The notes under the pieces: generated by a model
The model's input: only the letters and a program-made list of their open reading frames with translations
Told to the model about the DNA's origin: nothing
The model's database searches: none
Origin: Octopus vulgaris
Lineage: Eukaryota
NCBI GenBank assembly: GCA_951406725.2
Contig: OX597816.1
Span: forward strand, 178,312,001 to 178,376,000
DNA length: 64,000 bases
Direction of reading: 5' to 3'
Part shown: positions 12,513-25,661 of the stretch, in pieces
Numbering within the stretch: the stretch's first letter is position 1
How the letters are laid out: each line of letters starts with the position of its first letter
Position numbers and translations under genes: made by a program

Positions 12513-13094
12513 AATATTTAATTTTATTGACTTTGGAAGAATAAATGGGAAAGTTAATTTTGACAAGATCTGAATTAGAAAAGTAAGAGCTAATAGAAAT
12601 ACCACAAGACATTGTGGTATTTGTCCAACGCTTTAATAAATATGCATTGGTTCTTGAATGGAAGTATATAAGTGCACTGCACATTGTTAAAAATATAATT
12701 TCAGACTTTAGAAAATGCACACTCATGCTCTGAGGGTCTTGAAAAACAAGTTATTCATAATTTTGTTAGGCACAAATATGATTAATGAAACAAGATATGC
12801 ATTAGTTATTCTATATTTTTACTAAATCTTTAACTTTAAAATAGTTTTTTTTTTTTTTGAATTTCCATGAAATGTGTGCCAATAATTTTTTTAATTTTAT
12901 TTTCAGTGCACCATGGAATCAAGAAAAGATTGAAAATTACTGCTCTAACAACTTTTCCGAACCTGTGTGAGGAAATGAATTAAACACTGCAAACTAGTAA
13001 AATATTATTCACTAATTTGCAAATGTAAATGATGAAAATAAACAACACTAAATGTCACATTTATCAAATTATTTTTTATTAATTTATTAAATTA

Positions 13095-13490
13095 GGCGCA
13101 GGAGTGGCTGTGTGGTAAGTAGCTTGTCTACCAACCACATGGTTCCGGGTTCAGTCCCACTGCGTGGCACCTTGGGCAAGTGTCTTCTACTATAGCCTCG
13201 GGCCGACCAAAGCCTTGTGAGTGGATTTGGTAGACGGAAACTGAAAGAAGCCTGTCGTATATATGTATATATATATGCGTGTTTGTGTCTGTGTTTGTCC
13301 CCTAGCATTGCTTGACAACCGATGCTGGTGTATTTACGTCCCCGTTACTTAGCGGTTCGGCAAAAGAGACCGATAGAATAAGTACTGGGCTTACAAAAGA
13401 ATAAGTCCCGGGGTCGATTTGCTCGACTAAAGGCGGTGCTTCAGCATGGCCGCAGTCAAATGACTGAAACAAGTAAAAGAGTAAAGAGTA
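13095..13490 (+). mobile_element. SINE family A
   Basis: Full-length copy. Confidence 0.9.
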
Positions 13491-13957
13491 AGAGACCTTC
13501 AACATAAGAATTATTCTACCATCATTGTTCATAGCCTTTCAAGAAGGTGCATTTCAAATAATATTGACTAGCTGCTAATAACAATAGCTTATTCACTTAT
13601 GTAAAGTATTGTTAATTTAGACCATACAGTAAAACTCGGAATCAGCAGGCTTCACTTCTAACTTGTTTAACATATCTAAGTAATTATAGATTAATCCATA
13701 AATTAATCATGTAGTATAAAGAAATATTACAAATTTTTTATGTAAACTTTTATAGCATTGAGTAACTATATTAGTTTACATGAAAAATGTTAATCACTCT
13801 TCCTTTCTTTATAAAAACAGATTAAATTAAATCAATGAAATTTTATAATTTGTCAGCTTTAAATTAGTGCTACTATGTTAAGAAATAGAATTTTAAAAAA
13901 TAGAAAAAGCTCAGGAAATTTCATTTCTAAAGCACAGTCAGTTGATACAATACATAC

Positions 13958-14027
13958 CTTTTTGTGTTCTGTTTCTTTTATCATAACAAAAAGATCTCTT
14001 CCAAGACTTACATTACGCACCAGAACC
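13958..14027 (-). CDS. CCDC60: CCDC60 coding exon 4 (VLVRNVSLGRDLFVMIKETEHKK)
   Basis: tttcag acceptor, AAG|gtatgt donor, 70 nt, phase 2-0. Resembles human CCDC60 RFLIQSVKIGRGYFAILREE (recalled, not searched). Confidence 0.85.
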
Positions 14028-15006
14028 CTGAAAACAGCAATATATGCAATTGACCTACTCATTCATTTTACAACTGCTTTTTCACATTGTTTCTTGTTGG
14101 TGTTTAGCCCTAGGGCACCCTTGACCAAATAGACCTATAATCAAAGGTAATCCAAAAGTAGTCCGAATATGACAATCCATCATTTTATATATCAAAACTA
14201 ACATTTATTTAAGGTGGCAGGAGTGTGATTTGATAGAGATTTTGCTGCTGTTTCTAGCAAGTCAAGTGACTGCTTAAAGGTTTCTTCACTGGCTTGTTTT
14301 CATGATAGTACAAGTCAGATGAGAGCAGAAGAGGGCCAAGTGGGATACTAGCTAAAAAGAAAGCTACCTATTACTATTCATTCCCACATTATGATCATAA
14401 AATATTGTTGCCTTCCCATTCATTTTACTGTAATATTTCTATTCGGAGATATGTTGAGTGGAGTGTTGGAAGCAACAGGTTGTATTGTGTCATCAGCACC
14501 ATGAGGTAGCCATGGCCACGGCACTAAACTCTCAATGGCTACTACACTAGAAATAAGTAGTTATCACTTGTGGTAGCACTGTTAAAGTAGCCAATGTTTT
14601 GTTAATCTACAGGGTTGTTCAACTTTTCTTATGGTTATAACTTGAAAAGGGATAAGACAATAAGAGTACCTCTGCTAGAAACAACAGTTAAATCTCAAAT
14701 ATCTATCAAATCACCCTTCTTTCAATGAAGGACCTATAGGGTGATGTGGTCTGAGATAAAACTGTCTGAAAATGGAAGAGGATCATGCATGGAAAGTGTA
14801 TGATCATAGGTCTGTTCAATCAGAGTTGACATGGAATCAACAACAAAAATTGAAGGTTCTATTAACCCTAGATATACAACATAACGGTGGTACATCAGCA
14901 TGGCCGCAGCTCTGAGCTGAAACTAGAGAAAAAAAGAAAAAAAACATAAAGGTGAAATGTTCAGAGATAGCCCTATTAAGCCATGGTCAGATAATAGATA
15001 AATAGT

Positions 15007-15300
15007 GGAGGCGTGTGGCTTAGTGGTAAGGGTGTTGGACTCACAATTGTAAGATTGTGGTTTTGATTCCTGGATCAGATGATGCATTATTTTCTTGAGC
15101 AAAAACACTTCACATTGGTCCAGTCCACTCAAATGTAGAAATGAATACCACTAGTGGAAGCACATCACTTAGTGATTATAGTGTTGGATTCATGATCGTA
15201 AGATTGTGGCTTCAATCCCTGGACCAATCCATTGTATTCTTGAGCAAAACACTTCGTTTCACATTGCTCCAGTTCACTCAGCTGTAGAAATGAGTTTAGC
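15007..15300 (+). mobile_element. Two tandem heads of tRNA/CORE-like SINE family D
   Basis: GGAGGCGTGTGGCTTAGTGGTAAGGGTG...TTCTTGAGCAAAA(A)CACTT occurs twice; related copies at about 6330-6485 and 61775-61895 (minus). Confidence 0.65.
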
Positions 15301-16005
15301 CTGGAGAGGGATGGGCCCCACCAGCCTTTCTTATCCTAGATATGCTGCAAGGCTGCAGCACCCCAACAACCTTCAAGGTGTTAAGGAACTTCCCAATTGT
15401 CAATTACCAGATAAATACTCACAACCTGGTGTTTCTAGTTTGGGCTGTGAGTAGGTAAACCTAGGTGTCATATCCAGCTACAAACAGCTGTTGACCTTTG
15501 TACAAGATACCGTAGTAGTGTACTGCTTTCATATTTGGGCTGCATTCAACAGAGTCATATGCCAAACAGGAAAACATTTACTCACTAACACTCCACCAAC
15601 ATCTTATCTGTTGTCAAGCTGCGTATTTGTTATAGCAACATTACAATAGTCTATGTTTCCCCCAGGACTCGCTGACTCTATACCACCTTTAGCTTGTCAT
15701 ATATTTCACCACCCACTCTTTTACACACAAACACATGCACACACCTGCTATATATCTCTCTCTATAGACTCTACTCCTAAAGTGTTGCTTAACAACAAGA
15801 ATAAATGAAATCAAAATATATTACATTGAACTCTTCTTCTGCAAGTTTTCTTTAAGTGTACAAATAAATAAATCTTTCAATGAGATTTATATTCAATTTT
15901 CAAAGTGTCAAACTGCTTTTGTTCACACAGAGAAAATATCAAAAACTAGGGTTACATTTTGAAATCAAAAGAAGTGCAAACATGGCCAAGTGGTTAAGAA
16001 GATTA

Positions 16006-16681
16006 GGCGATGTTTCGTTTGTCGTAGCACACGTTTCCGTCGATTTCCTCCGTCGATTGTCGATTTCCTCCGTCGATTTCCATAAAAAATGTAAACACTG
16101 AATCGGCCATACATACATACATACATATATACATATATACATACATACATACACACATACATACACACACACATACATAGATACATACACACACACACAT
16201 ACATGCAGACATACATATACACATACACCGAGTAAAAAATTACGATGAATCGGCCATACATACATACATACACACACACACATACTTACACACACACACA
16301 TACATAGATACATGCATACATACATATACACATACATGCATACATACATATACACATACATGCATACATACATATACACATACACCGAGTAAAAAATCAG
16401 TTATCTCTCTCTTTCACACATTACTCTCTCTGTCTCTTCGCACACACTAACAGAAACACTTCACTTACACAACATACTGTCTGTCTCCCACACCCCATCA
16501 AACATACACACGGGGACTTCAAAAAGAAATTCCCTCGTCATAAAATCGCTTCCTCTTAGTCTCTTTCGCTCTCATTACTTCAAATATTCCCGCAAAGCCA
16601 TATGTAAAAAATTAAAAGTTTTTTACGGAAATCAACGGAAACATGTGCTACGATGTGTGCTACGACAACCGAAACTTCGCC
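16006..16681. mobile_element. Merlin-like MITE inserted into a SINE head
   Basis: TIR GGCGA(T/A)GTTTCG(T/G)TTGTCGTAGCACAC fits the Merlin GGNRM start; perfect 8-bp TSD gaagatta; internal (CATA)n. Removing it rejoins a tRNA-like SINE head (about 15973-16005 plus 16690-16830). Confidence 0.8.
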
Positions 16682-17600
16682 GAAGATTACTTTGCAACCA
16701 TGTAGTTTCGAGTTCAGTCTCAATATGAGGCATCTTGAGCAAGTGTCTTCTACCATAGCCCAGGGCCAACTAATGCCAACTAAGTAAATTCAATATATGG
16801 AAACTATGTTGAAGCCCAGTGTGCATGCATGTATAAATGAGTGTAAGTAAACAGATATACATATGTACAATGCAGAAATACCCTTGGTTGGTGTCAGGGA
16901 ATGACAACAAAACCATCAGGAGTAAGGGACCCCTAACTGTTGTCACAACATTCTTCTAGGAGAGGGACACTCTGATGTAACACTTGCAGTTTCCCCATGA
17001 TTACTGGTCATCTCATTTCAGCCTGTCACTTGGAACTAATCATGGAGACTCAGAGTGGCACTTGTATTGTACAAGCGTTTATCACTCTAATCCAATGACG
17101 TACACATCTCTTTAATGTCACTTTTTCTTCATCATTCCATCTACTGAAAGTCCTACAGCAATGGAAAACTGGCAACACGTGCAGGCTTAGCTAGTTAGAA
17201 GCACACAGTAAGTTACAACATTCATCATCTGTCACCTCTGCTCCAAACCATGAAAATCTGCACCAGGACTGAATAATCATCTGGGAGGTCATGGATGGAA
17301 AGTCAGAAATATTCTTGACAATAAGGAAGCACAAGGAGACAGCAATCATTTGTCAAGATGGAGTAATCACTATGTCTGTGTGTATCTTTGTGTTTGTGTT
17401 TCTCTCATCACCTCACAACTGGGATTGTTTTGTTTACATCCTTGTTACTTAGCAGCTCAGCAAAAGAAAAGACAACAATACAATAAATCTCAAGTTTTAA
17501 AACAAATATTGAAGCTTATTTGATATGACAAGGTGGTGCCCCAGTATGGCCACAGTCCAATGACTGAAAAAAGTAGAAGAGTAACAGATTATGGAATTAC

Positions 17601-17674
17601 CTGCCATTAGATATTGCTTTGTTAAGTGTATTGAGCTGTTTCTTACTTCTCAGATTTATCATTTTAGTAACAGC
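17601..17674 (-). CDS. CCDC60: CCDC60 coding exon 3 (AVTKMINLRSKKQLNTLNKAISNGR)
   Basis: Polypyrimidine tract with atgcag acceptor, AG|gtaatt donor, 74 nt, phase 0-2. Confidence 0.8.
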
Positions 17675-18437
17675 CTGCATAAAAAAAAAGCATTACAATA
17701 TAAAATAACAGTTGCTTTTGGAAAGATACAAGGCTTCACATTTTAGGGAAAGAATATACAAGATCTTGTAACATTCATGTCTTTCACAAGGGTATTACTT
17801 ACAAGAGTGAAGTGAAATGGTTTGATTAGAAAACCAAAGCCAAGTAACACTGTGCTTACATCTTGCTCAGTTATATAAAATACTGAATTCTGTTGACTGA
17901 CCACAACTCCTTACAGTTATGATATAAATAAGATAACTTAATGTTCATAACTTTTTTGAAGAGTTATCTGAAGAGGTCAGGTGATATGGTTTCAAAAGGA
18001 AAACCATAACCATATTGATGACTTAGCTCTCCAGTAAGTGTAAGTCTTGTAGAGTGTCAATAACTATTGGATGCTGAAGAAGTTTCTGGCCCTGAAGAAG
18101 GGCCAATCATTGGGATGCAGTCCTAGTGATGTGCTTGTTAGGAGAAATCCTCAAAGGTAGAGAAGCCCAACATGTGGAATGGTTGTGAAGTTTCTCGTTG
18201 CATGCGGCCCATGACTAAGCAGGGTGGAGTACAATGAGCTTTTCCTGTCATTGAAATGGATTCTTAAAGTTAAAATATTGAATAATTTTTTTCTTGCCAA
18301 TCATTAATTAATGGGGGAATTTTATTGTTTCCTATTTATATACTGAAAAATTCATGCTTCAAGCAAATTTAAGATCTTACTGAGATTAAAGGGTTATTTG
18401 TATAAACTCATAGTTTCTCATCAGAAACCACCAAAAA

Positions 18438-18804
18438 TCTTTATATATAAAAGAGAAGTTGTGTGTCTGTCTCCTACGATTTAGATTCCTAATTACTCCC
18501 ACATTTTGCGGTGCAGTTTAACCAAAACCGGGTATCTTATAGTCGTGATTCATATCGAGCCCTTCTGGGTATTAGCACGCGTCTATGATGAGTCTACGAT
18601 TTAAAAAAAAATTTACCATAATTTTTTCCTATTATATAAGGGAAGTAACTCTCTAAAAATGTCTACAATGAGTCAACGATTTAAAAAAAAATTTACCATA
18701 ATTTTTTTTTCCATTTTTAATGCATTTTTTTGCTATAACTCTCTAAAAATGCTTATATAGTTATTTCCCTTACAAACCCGAGCAACGCCGGGCGATACTG
18801 CTAG
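18438..18804 (+). mobile_element. Non-autonomous Helitron
   Basis: A|TC start, subterminal hairpin CCCGAGCAACGCCGGG, CTAG|T end. Confidence 0.9.
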
Positions 18805-19156
18805 TATATAATAAAGCAAATACATAAAAATCAATAGCAGTTATGTGTTGATTCTAAAAAGACAATCAATCGCCATTTCTGCCGATCCAGTCTTAGCTAA
18901 AAAAAACCAAAAGGGACTTCTATAAACTGACATTGATACTTTATTCATTGGTAACTAGCTTTGAAAAAAAGGGGACAGAGATTTTGAAAAGGAGAAAGTG
19001 ATCATTGTCAGAAACATCAAAATAAAAGCAAAAAAGTGATTCAATAAAAAAACAATACTTCAATTTTAAAAAATGCATTAATTACTCCTCAATAAAATAA
19101 CTGTTATTGAAAAGTAGTTGAACCTTCTTACTCAAGTGATCAGTTTCCCTACTTAC

Positions 19157-19249
19157 ATAAGAACGGGATGGAGGCCGCTCATACTGGAGCTGCTGTTTGT
19201 TGTCTTTTTTCTCATTGTCAGTTTGGTTAGTATTCTTCTTGTTAACATC
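19157..19249 (-). CDS. CCDC60: CCDC60 coding exon 2 (DVNKKNTNQ...ERPPSRSY)
   Basis: ttttag acceptor, gtaagt donor, 93 nt, open in phase 0-0. Confidence 0.75.
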
Positions 19250-19538
19250 CTAAAAGCAATTTAATTCACTTTTTAAAATATTTTCTACAAAATCATTACT
19301 ATCAAAATAAAAATGAATGATAAACATTTAGCTTATACTAAAATTGTTCTCTAGCACTTTGAATGGAAAAAAAAACAAATTCTGCTTCTCTAGTAATAAT
19401 TTTTTCAAAAGATCATAATGTTCCTGCTTGTTAAATTGCGGGTTTAGGTCAAAACCTGACACTTTAACTCTCTAACTGAGTATAAATCAATATTTTAATT
19501 AATAGACTTAACAGACTTAATATCAAAATGTAAAGTAT

Positions 19539-19699
19539 AGGCGCAGGAGTGGCTGTGTGGTAAGTAGCTTGTCTACCAACCGCATGGTTCCGGGTTCAGT
19601 CCCACTGCGTGGCACCTTGGGTAAGTGTCTTCTACTATGGCCTCGGGCCGACCAAAGCCTTGTGAGTGGATTTGGTAGACGGAAACTGAAAGAAGCCCG

Positions 19700-19736
<37 letters not shown>

Positions 19737-19960
19737 TGTGTGTGTTTGTGTGTCTGTGTTTGTCCCCTAGCATTGCTTAACAACCGATGCTGGTGTGTTT
19801 ATGTCACCGTCACTTAGCGGTTTGGCAAAAGAGACCGATAGAATAAGTACTGGGCTTACAAAAGAATAAGTCCCGGGGTCAAGTTGATCGATTAAAGGCG
19901 GTGCTCCAGCATGGCCGCAGTCAAATGACTGAAACAAGTAAAATAGTAAAATAGTAAAGA
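19539..19960 (+). mobile_element. SINE family A
   Basis: Full-length copy. Confidence 0.9.
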
Positions 19961-20232
19961 GAGTATTGTAATTTAGAATATTCTGTGGTGTGATGGACAG
20001 ATTGATGAAATGTCAGCTTTATAGTCCATCCCTGATAAATAAGTCATACAGTGCAGCATTATTTGACAAGTAAGAAAGCGAGTTAAAAAACGAACATATG
20101 AAAGAAAACAACGTAGTGCTAGATTAATTGTAAACTGTGTAGGTAGCTTTTTGAAAGTAGATATTGGATTATCTCAGAACAGAATAAACGAATGACTGAC
20201 ACTTTAACTATTTGTAAGATCAAATAAATACA

Positions 20233-20870
20233 ATCATCATCATCATCATTGTTTAACGTCCGTTTTCCGCGCTAACATGGGTTGGACGGTTCGACCGGGG
20301 TCTTGGAAGCCAGGGGCTGCACCAGGCTCCAGTCTGATCTGGCAGTGTTTCTACAGCTGGATGCCCTTCCTAACACCAACCACTCCGCGAGTGTAGTGGG
20401 TGCTTTTTACGTGCCACCTGCACAGGTGCCAGGGGGGGTCCGGCATTGGCCACGATCGGTTGGAGCTTTTAACGTGCCACCGGCACGGAAGCCAGCCAAG
20501 GCGGCGCTGGCAACGGCCACGTTCGGATGGTGCTTTTTATGTGCCACCAGCACAGGAGCCAGTCGGGGCGGTGCTGGCATCGGCCACGTTTGGATGGTGC
20601 TTTTTATGTGCCACTGGCACAGAAGCCAGTCAAGTCGGCGCTGGCTACGGCCACGTTCGGATAGTGCTTTTTATGTGCCACCGGCACAGGTATCACAACT
20701 ACTATTTCCATTTGATATTTATTTCGATGTTCATGTTCTTGTACTTGACTCAACAGGTCTCCTCAAGCACAGTGGGACGTTCTGGGATCCAGGGTACTTT
20801 GAATGGGCAGGGGCTATGCGGAACTGGTGCAGGAAGCAGCCTGGGTCTTTGCAGTCACAGCATACAGCAA
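20233..20870 (-). mobile_element. RTE 3'-UTR insertion with five hairpin repeat units
   Basis: (CAT)n tail at 20233; repeated GGTGCTTTTTAYGTGCCACYRGCAC. Confidence 0.85.
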
Positions 20871-21152
20871 AAAAAAAATATTAAAAAATAACAAAATATT
20901 TCATAGAAAAAACTGTGATAGAAAAAGAAACTGTACACTGTATTGTCTGGCCAAACTGTTGGAACATCAGCCCAACATTTGAAAGATCAACAGTTAACAT
21001 CCCACTTCTAGTGATAGTTAACCAGTATCTTTGAAACACAATATAGCATCAGTAATGATATGTGTAGAGAACTTTTAATAATCTGACAATAAATGGCTGT
21101 TAATAACCTAATGGAATTGTTAATAACCTAGCTATAAATGGCCCAAACTGCT

Positions 21153-21353
21153 TACTCTCTTTTACTTGTTTCAGTCATTTGACTGCGGCCATGCAGGAGC
21201 ACCGCCTTTAGTCGAGTAAATCGACCCCAGGACTTATTCTTTGTAAGCCCAGTACTTATTCTATCGGTCTCTTTTGCCGAACCGCTAAGTAACGGGGACG
21301 TAAACACACCAGCATCGGTTGTCAAGCAAAGCTAGGGGGACAAACACAGACAC

Positions 21354-21384
<31 letters not shown>

Positions 21385-21551
21385 CATATATACGACAGGC
21401 TTCTTTCAGTTTCCGTCTACCAAATCCACTCACAAGGCATTGGTCGGCCCGGGGCTATAGCAGAAGACACTTGCCCAAGATGCCACGCAGTGGGACTGAA
21501 CCCGGAACCATGTGGTTGGTTAGCAAGCTACTTACCACACAGCCACTCCTG
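21153..21551 (-). mobile_element. SINE family A
   Basis: Reverse-complement copy. Confidence 0.9.
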
Positions 21552-22784
21552 CTTGTTGTAAATAACTAACATGGTAAGATATACAGTCAAGAAGGCTACA
21601 TGCATTGAAGGCTACATGTATTGAAGGCTACATGCATTGAAGAAATACTTCAACAAAATCCAATTCTTCTTGACTTATAAAAGAGCAAATGTTTTTATTT
21701 TAAACTTTCAATCTTTCTGATTTTGAAATTTGGTTTGCAAGATTCTATTCTGTATCTTGGGAGGATCATTACACTAATAATAAACACATGCATTGGTTCT
21801 TTTTCACTTCTTTATTATTTGTTAATTTGTTTACTATTTAACTAACTAATTGATTGTTTCATTAATCATTCAGTAAATCAATCAATGAGTTATGTTTGTC
21901 AATGCCCTTTCATTGACATTTGTGACCTCTTAAATGACCTGCACTCTCTTCACCAGGTCAATTTCAAGTCTGTCTCTTTCAGTCTTTTCAAATATAAAGC
22001 CCTATAATTTTAATGGCATCAAGTATCCCTTTACTATATAAAGTAGTAGTTTAACCCTGGACATTTATAGGCCTTCTATAAGGCACAAGTGCTAACCTGC
22101 TACAGAATCAAATACTAAATGTAAATTTGAAATAGTTTAACTGCTACAAACATTCTCATCTGCATCTACAAAGGATATTCAACAGACTAGCAAACTTTTA
22201 CTCACCCATTAGTCCACAAACCAACTAGGTAGCCTCTATGTCACCATTTCACCTACTAGAAACATCAACTAAATCTCCCTCAAACCACAACCTATCATCT
22301 TAATAAAAGACACATTTGGGAATATATTATGGGATACATATTCCTGAAAAAAAGACAGAATCATCATCTCTTGAATGCCTTTGAGTATATATCCACTTAA
22401 ATAGAGCCAACTTGAGGGCTAAATCATAATCATCACCACCACTAAGCTTACCAATGCGTTGTACAAACCCTTTGTCTCTTCTACCACTACTAAAATGGTT
22501 CCTGTTCCCCTCAACAAGAAACATCTTACAACTACTATTCGAATTTTAATGTACCTGCCTCTTATAATTTCTGCTGTGTCTCACCTAACTGAACCATATG
22601 TTAAATAATTTTCCCAATCCCTTAATCTTCTGATGCCATTTTTAAAATTTCCTTATAGTCATCATCCTGCAGAAGAAGCTAACCATTAGCAGCATTAACC
22701 TTACCCATCTAGAGAAAACCTTCAAAGGCCATAGGCACTGCTATCTTCTTTGGACTGAATAATAAAAAATAATAATGCTTCCTA

Positions 22785-22981
22785 CAACAAGGGGGGGGGG
22801 TTGCTGAAAAGTATCTGGCCAAACCTTCCAAGTTCTTTTAGAGGGCCTAGAAAAACTGAAGGACTGCAGCAATAAGTGTGTGAATCTGAGACGGGAATAT
22901 GTTGAATAAAATCATAATTAACTGATCCTGCGGTATTTTCTTTTACCCAAAGCCAGGAACTTTTCAGCCTCACCCCCTCAT
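22785..22981. mobile_element. Small mariner-type MITE remnant
   Basis: G-run followed by GCTGAAAAGT at the left; inverted ACTTTTCAGC...CCCCCTCATA at the right. Confidence 0.55.
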
Positions 22982-23086
22982 ACATGAAGTAAGAGAACAA
23001 TGGTAGAATAAATGAGAACTTCAGAGTGCTTAGGTAAAACTTGTCACTGACTGTCTTTTAGGAAAGAAGAGACATCTTTCAAGCAC

Positions 23087-23316
23087 TTAATCCTTTGGTG
23101 ACCATATTTCTGTTGAGATGCTCTGTGTTTCTTTCAATTAATTTCAAATATAACAAAGAATTTAGTAAAATAACTTAGTTATCATTTAGCTAGTGTTAGG
23201 AACATAAATTGTGACTAAAGTTTGGTGAAAGATTTTAATACTGAACTTTTGAAAACAAGACATTTGTATTATAGAGCCAGAGGCTATTTCAGGTGGGTTG
23301 CTATCAAAAGGGTTAT
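23087..23316. mobile_element. piggyBac-like MITE (second copy at about 33914-34135, opposite orientation)
   Basis: TTAATCCTTT...AAAGGGTTAT ends; internal sequence recurs reverse-complemented at 33914-34135. Confidence 0.6.
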
Positions 23317-23904
23317 AATGAGACATGTTAGCACTATTTTGTTGTGGCAGCATAGCACAATCATGTTAAGCCTATTTTATCCAATTACTGCTGGTTGCAG
23401 AAGGATACATGTGATAATTTCTGCCCAGTGGTGAAGCACACCAGTTCTGAAAGGCAAAAAGTCAGTTGCCAATAGAATGTTGAGATGTAAACATCAGTTG
23501 TTGATTGCTCATCCGGATGACAAGACACATTGCTGATTTAACGCCAATTAGAAAACATCATCTTTTACTGCTATGGAAACTGCTACCTCACATCATAACT
23601 AAACTACGCAACTCATTGGATATTTTGCATCAATCACATCTTGCAGCTCTCAAGTATCAAATCTAAATACTTTGGATGTCACACATTACACCCTGTTTCA
23701 CTTGAATGCTTAATTACTTCTACAACCACATGGGTGATCAAGGAATAAATTGCTACTTTTATTAATGAGAGAATATTGCCTTCTGATATTTGTCTTTACA
23801 TTTACAGAAAACACATTTGTAAATTACTGGAAGCCTTCTCCCACGCACACAATTTATAGACTTCCTAAAGTGGTGACCCGACATTGGAATATTTCTATTC
23901 TTTT

Positions 23905-24297
23905 CTTTTATTCTTTTACTTGTTTCAGTCATTTGACTGTGGCCATGCTGGAGCACCGCCTTTAATCGAGCAACTCGACCCCAGGACTTATTCTTTTGTA
24001 AGCCCAGTACTTATTCTATCGGTCTCTTTTGCCGAACCGCTAAGTAACGGGGACATAAACACACCAGCATCGGTTGTCAAGTAATGCTAGGAGGACAAAC
24101 ACAGACACAAACACACACACGCATATATATATATATACATATATACGACGGGCTTCTTTCAGTTTCCATCTACCAAATCCACTCACAAGGCTTTGGTCGG
24201 CCCGAGGCTATAGTAGAAGACACTTGCCCAAGGTGTCATGCAGTGGGACTGAACCCGGAACCATGTGGTTGGTAAACAAGCTACCTACCACACAGCC
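23905..24297 (-). mobile_element. SINE family A nested just after the Gypsy PBS
   Basis: Reverse-complement copy. Confidence 0.9.
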
Positions 24298-24659
24298 GGA
24301 AATATTCCCTAAAAAACAAACAGGAAAGGAAAAATTTTAACATAAATTCTTAGTGTTCGATTTGTGAAGATACTTACTTGATTTTCAATATGGATTCCAG
24401 CTCTTTTTTATTTCCTTCTTCAAGCGTAACCAGCTGGTGTTTCACACACACGTACTGGTGCCATAAGCACATGTCCTATCTCACTTTGGCCTGAATTTTA
24501 CCACTTACCACCATTGATAAAAAAAAATGTCTTTATCCTGTTTCATTTGGAATTTGTTTTACACAAATCGGGATGGAAAATAAAACCCATCGCTGAGGAT
24601 CAATATTCTTTTTATTGCCATGCTGGTGATTTCTTTTCACTGAGGACTGTTTTGACCAA

Positions 24660-25106
24660 TTCGGCACGTAAAATACACCAATCCGACCGTACGACAGGTA
24701 CCCATGCCAACCCCCTTTGCTTGCGAAGACATGTTGGGGCGAGCGAAATCGAAATCGAATTGAACCAGCCAGGATCCCTGGTCTGGTGGTACGTAAAAAG
24801 CACTATCCGACTCGTGGCCAATGCCAGCACCGCCTCAACTGGCTTCCGTGCCGGTGGCACATAAAATACACCAATCCGACCGTGGCCATTGCCAGCCTCG
24901 CCTGGCACCTGTGCAGGTGGCACGTAAAAAGCACCCACTACACTCACGGAGTGGTTGGCGTTAGGAAGGGCATCCAGCTGTAGAAACATTGCCAGATCAG
25001 ACTGGAGCCTGGTGCAGCCTTCTGGCTTCCCAGATCCCCGGTCGAACCATCCAACCCATGCTAGCATGGAGAACGGACGTTAAACGATGATGATGATGAT
25101 GATGAT
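24660..25106 (+). mobile_element. RTE 3'-UTR insertion nested in the Gypsy element
   Basis: Family motifs and (GAT)n tail. Confidence 0.85.
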
Positions 25107-25461
25107 GTACAGGCTATACTTCTCAGTCACTATGAATCACTCTTCATTGCCAGTGTTTAGCAGCAACATTTGAGTTTGGTTCACACAGATGGAGTCTTAT
25201 TTTGTAACAAGTAATATTACCTCTGAGCAGCAACAGCTACGTATTGAATGCCAATCCTTCTTTTCTGGCGAGTCATCTGAAAGACATTATTACTGACCCA
25301 ATGATAAAGACTAAAGTCCTTTGTAGAACATCTCTTTCAGCCAAGAAGCATTTCCACACTTTGGTGCATGATGAGCATTTGGGCAACAAGATGCCGACCC
25401 AACTCCTTTGTAGAATAAGAGAACTCACCAAGGGTTCTTCAGAAGACAGCTCCATGTTTAA

Positions 25462-25661
25462 CCCTTTAGTGTTCGCATTATTCTGCCAAAATTAATCCTT
25501 TTTTATCCACATTGCCTTGAACTAATCAGGCATTATCTTGGTGCTATGAGATTTTTAAAACAACATTGTAGGGCTGGTGTGAGAGACCAGATCTGGCCAG
25601 TTTGAACATAAAACAGGCAGAATACTTTTGGCTGGATATGTCCGGTTTAAATGCTAAAGGG
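25462..25661. mobile_element. piggyBac-like MITE nested in Gypsy gag
   Basis: TTAA|CCCTTTAG...CTAAAGGG|TTAA. Confidence 0.85.

Noticed and set aside
13095-13170. tRNA genes at SINE heads
   Set aside because: A and B boxes are present, but there is no complete cloverleaf and each head continues into a SINE body.
18070-18125. CTGAAGA motifs resembling a hammerhead core
   Set aside because: No correctly placed stem II, GAAA and UH elements.
20395-20700. CRISPR-like repeat/spacer appearance
   Set aside because: The linkers are homologous to each other, there are no cas genes, and the array is part of a eukaryotic LINE 3' UTR.
24378-24433. Exon-like segment with cag acceptor and gtaagt donor (LVTLEEGNKKELESILKI)
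   Set aside because: It lies inside the Gypsy element, and its only open frame is phase 0-2, which is incompatible with the next CCDC60 exon.
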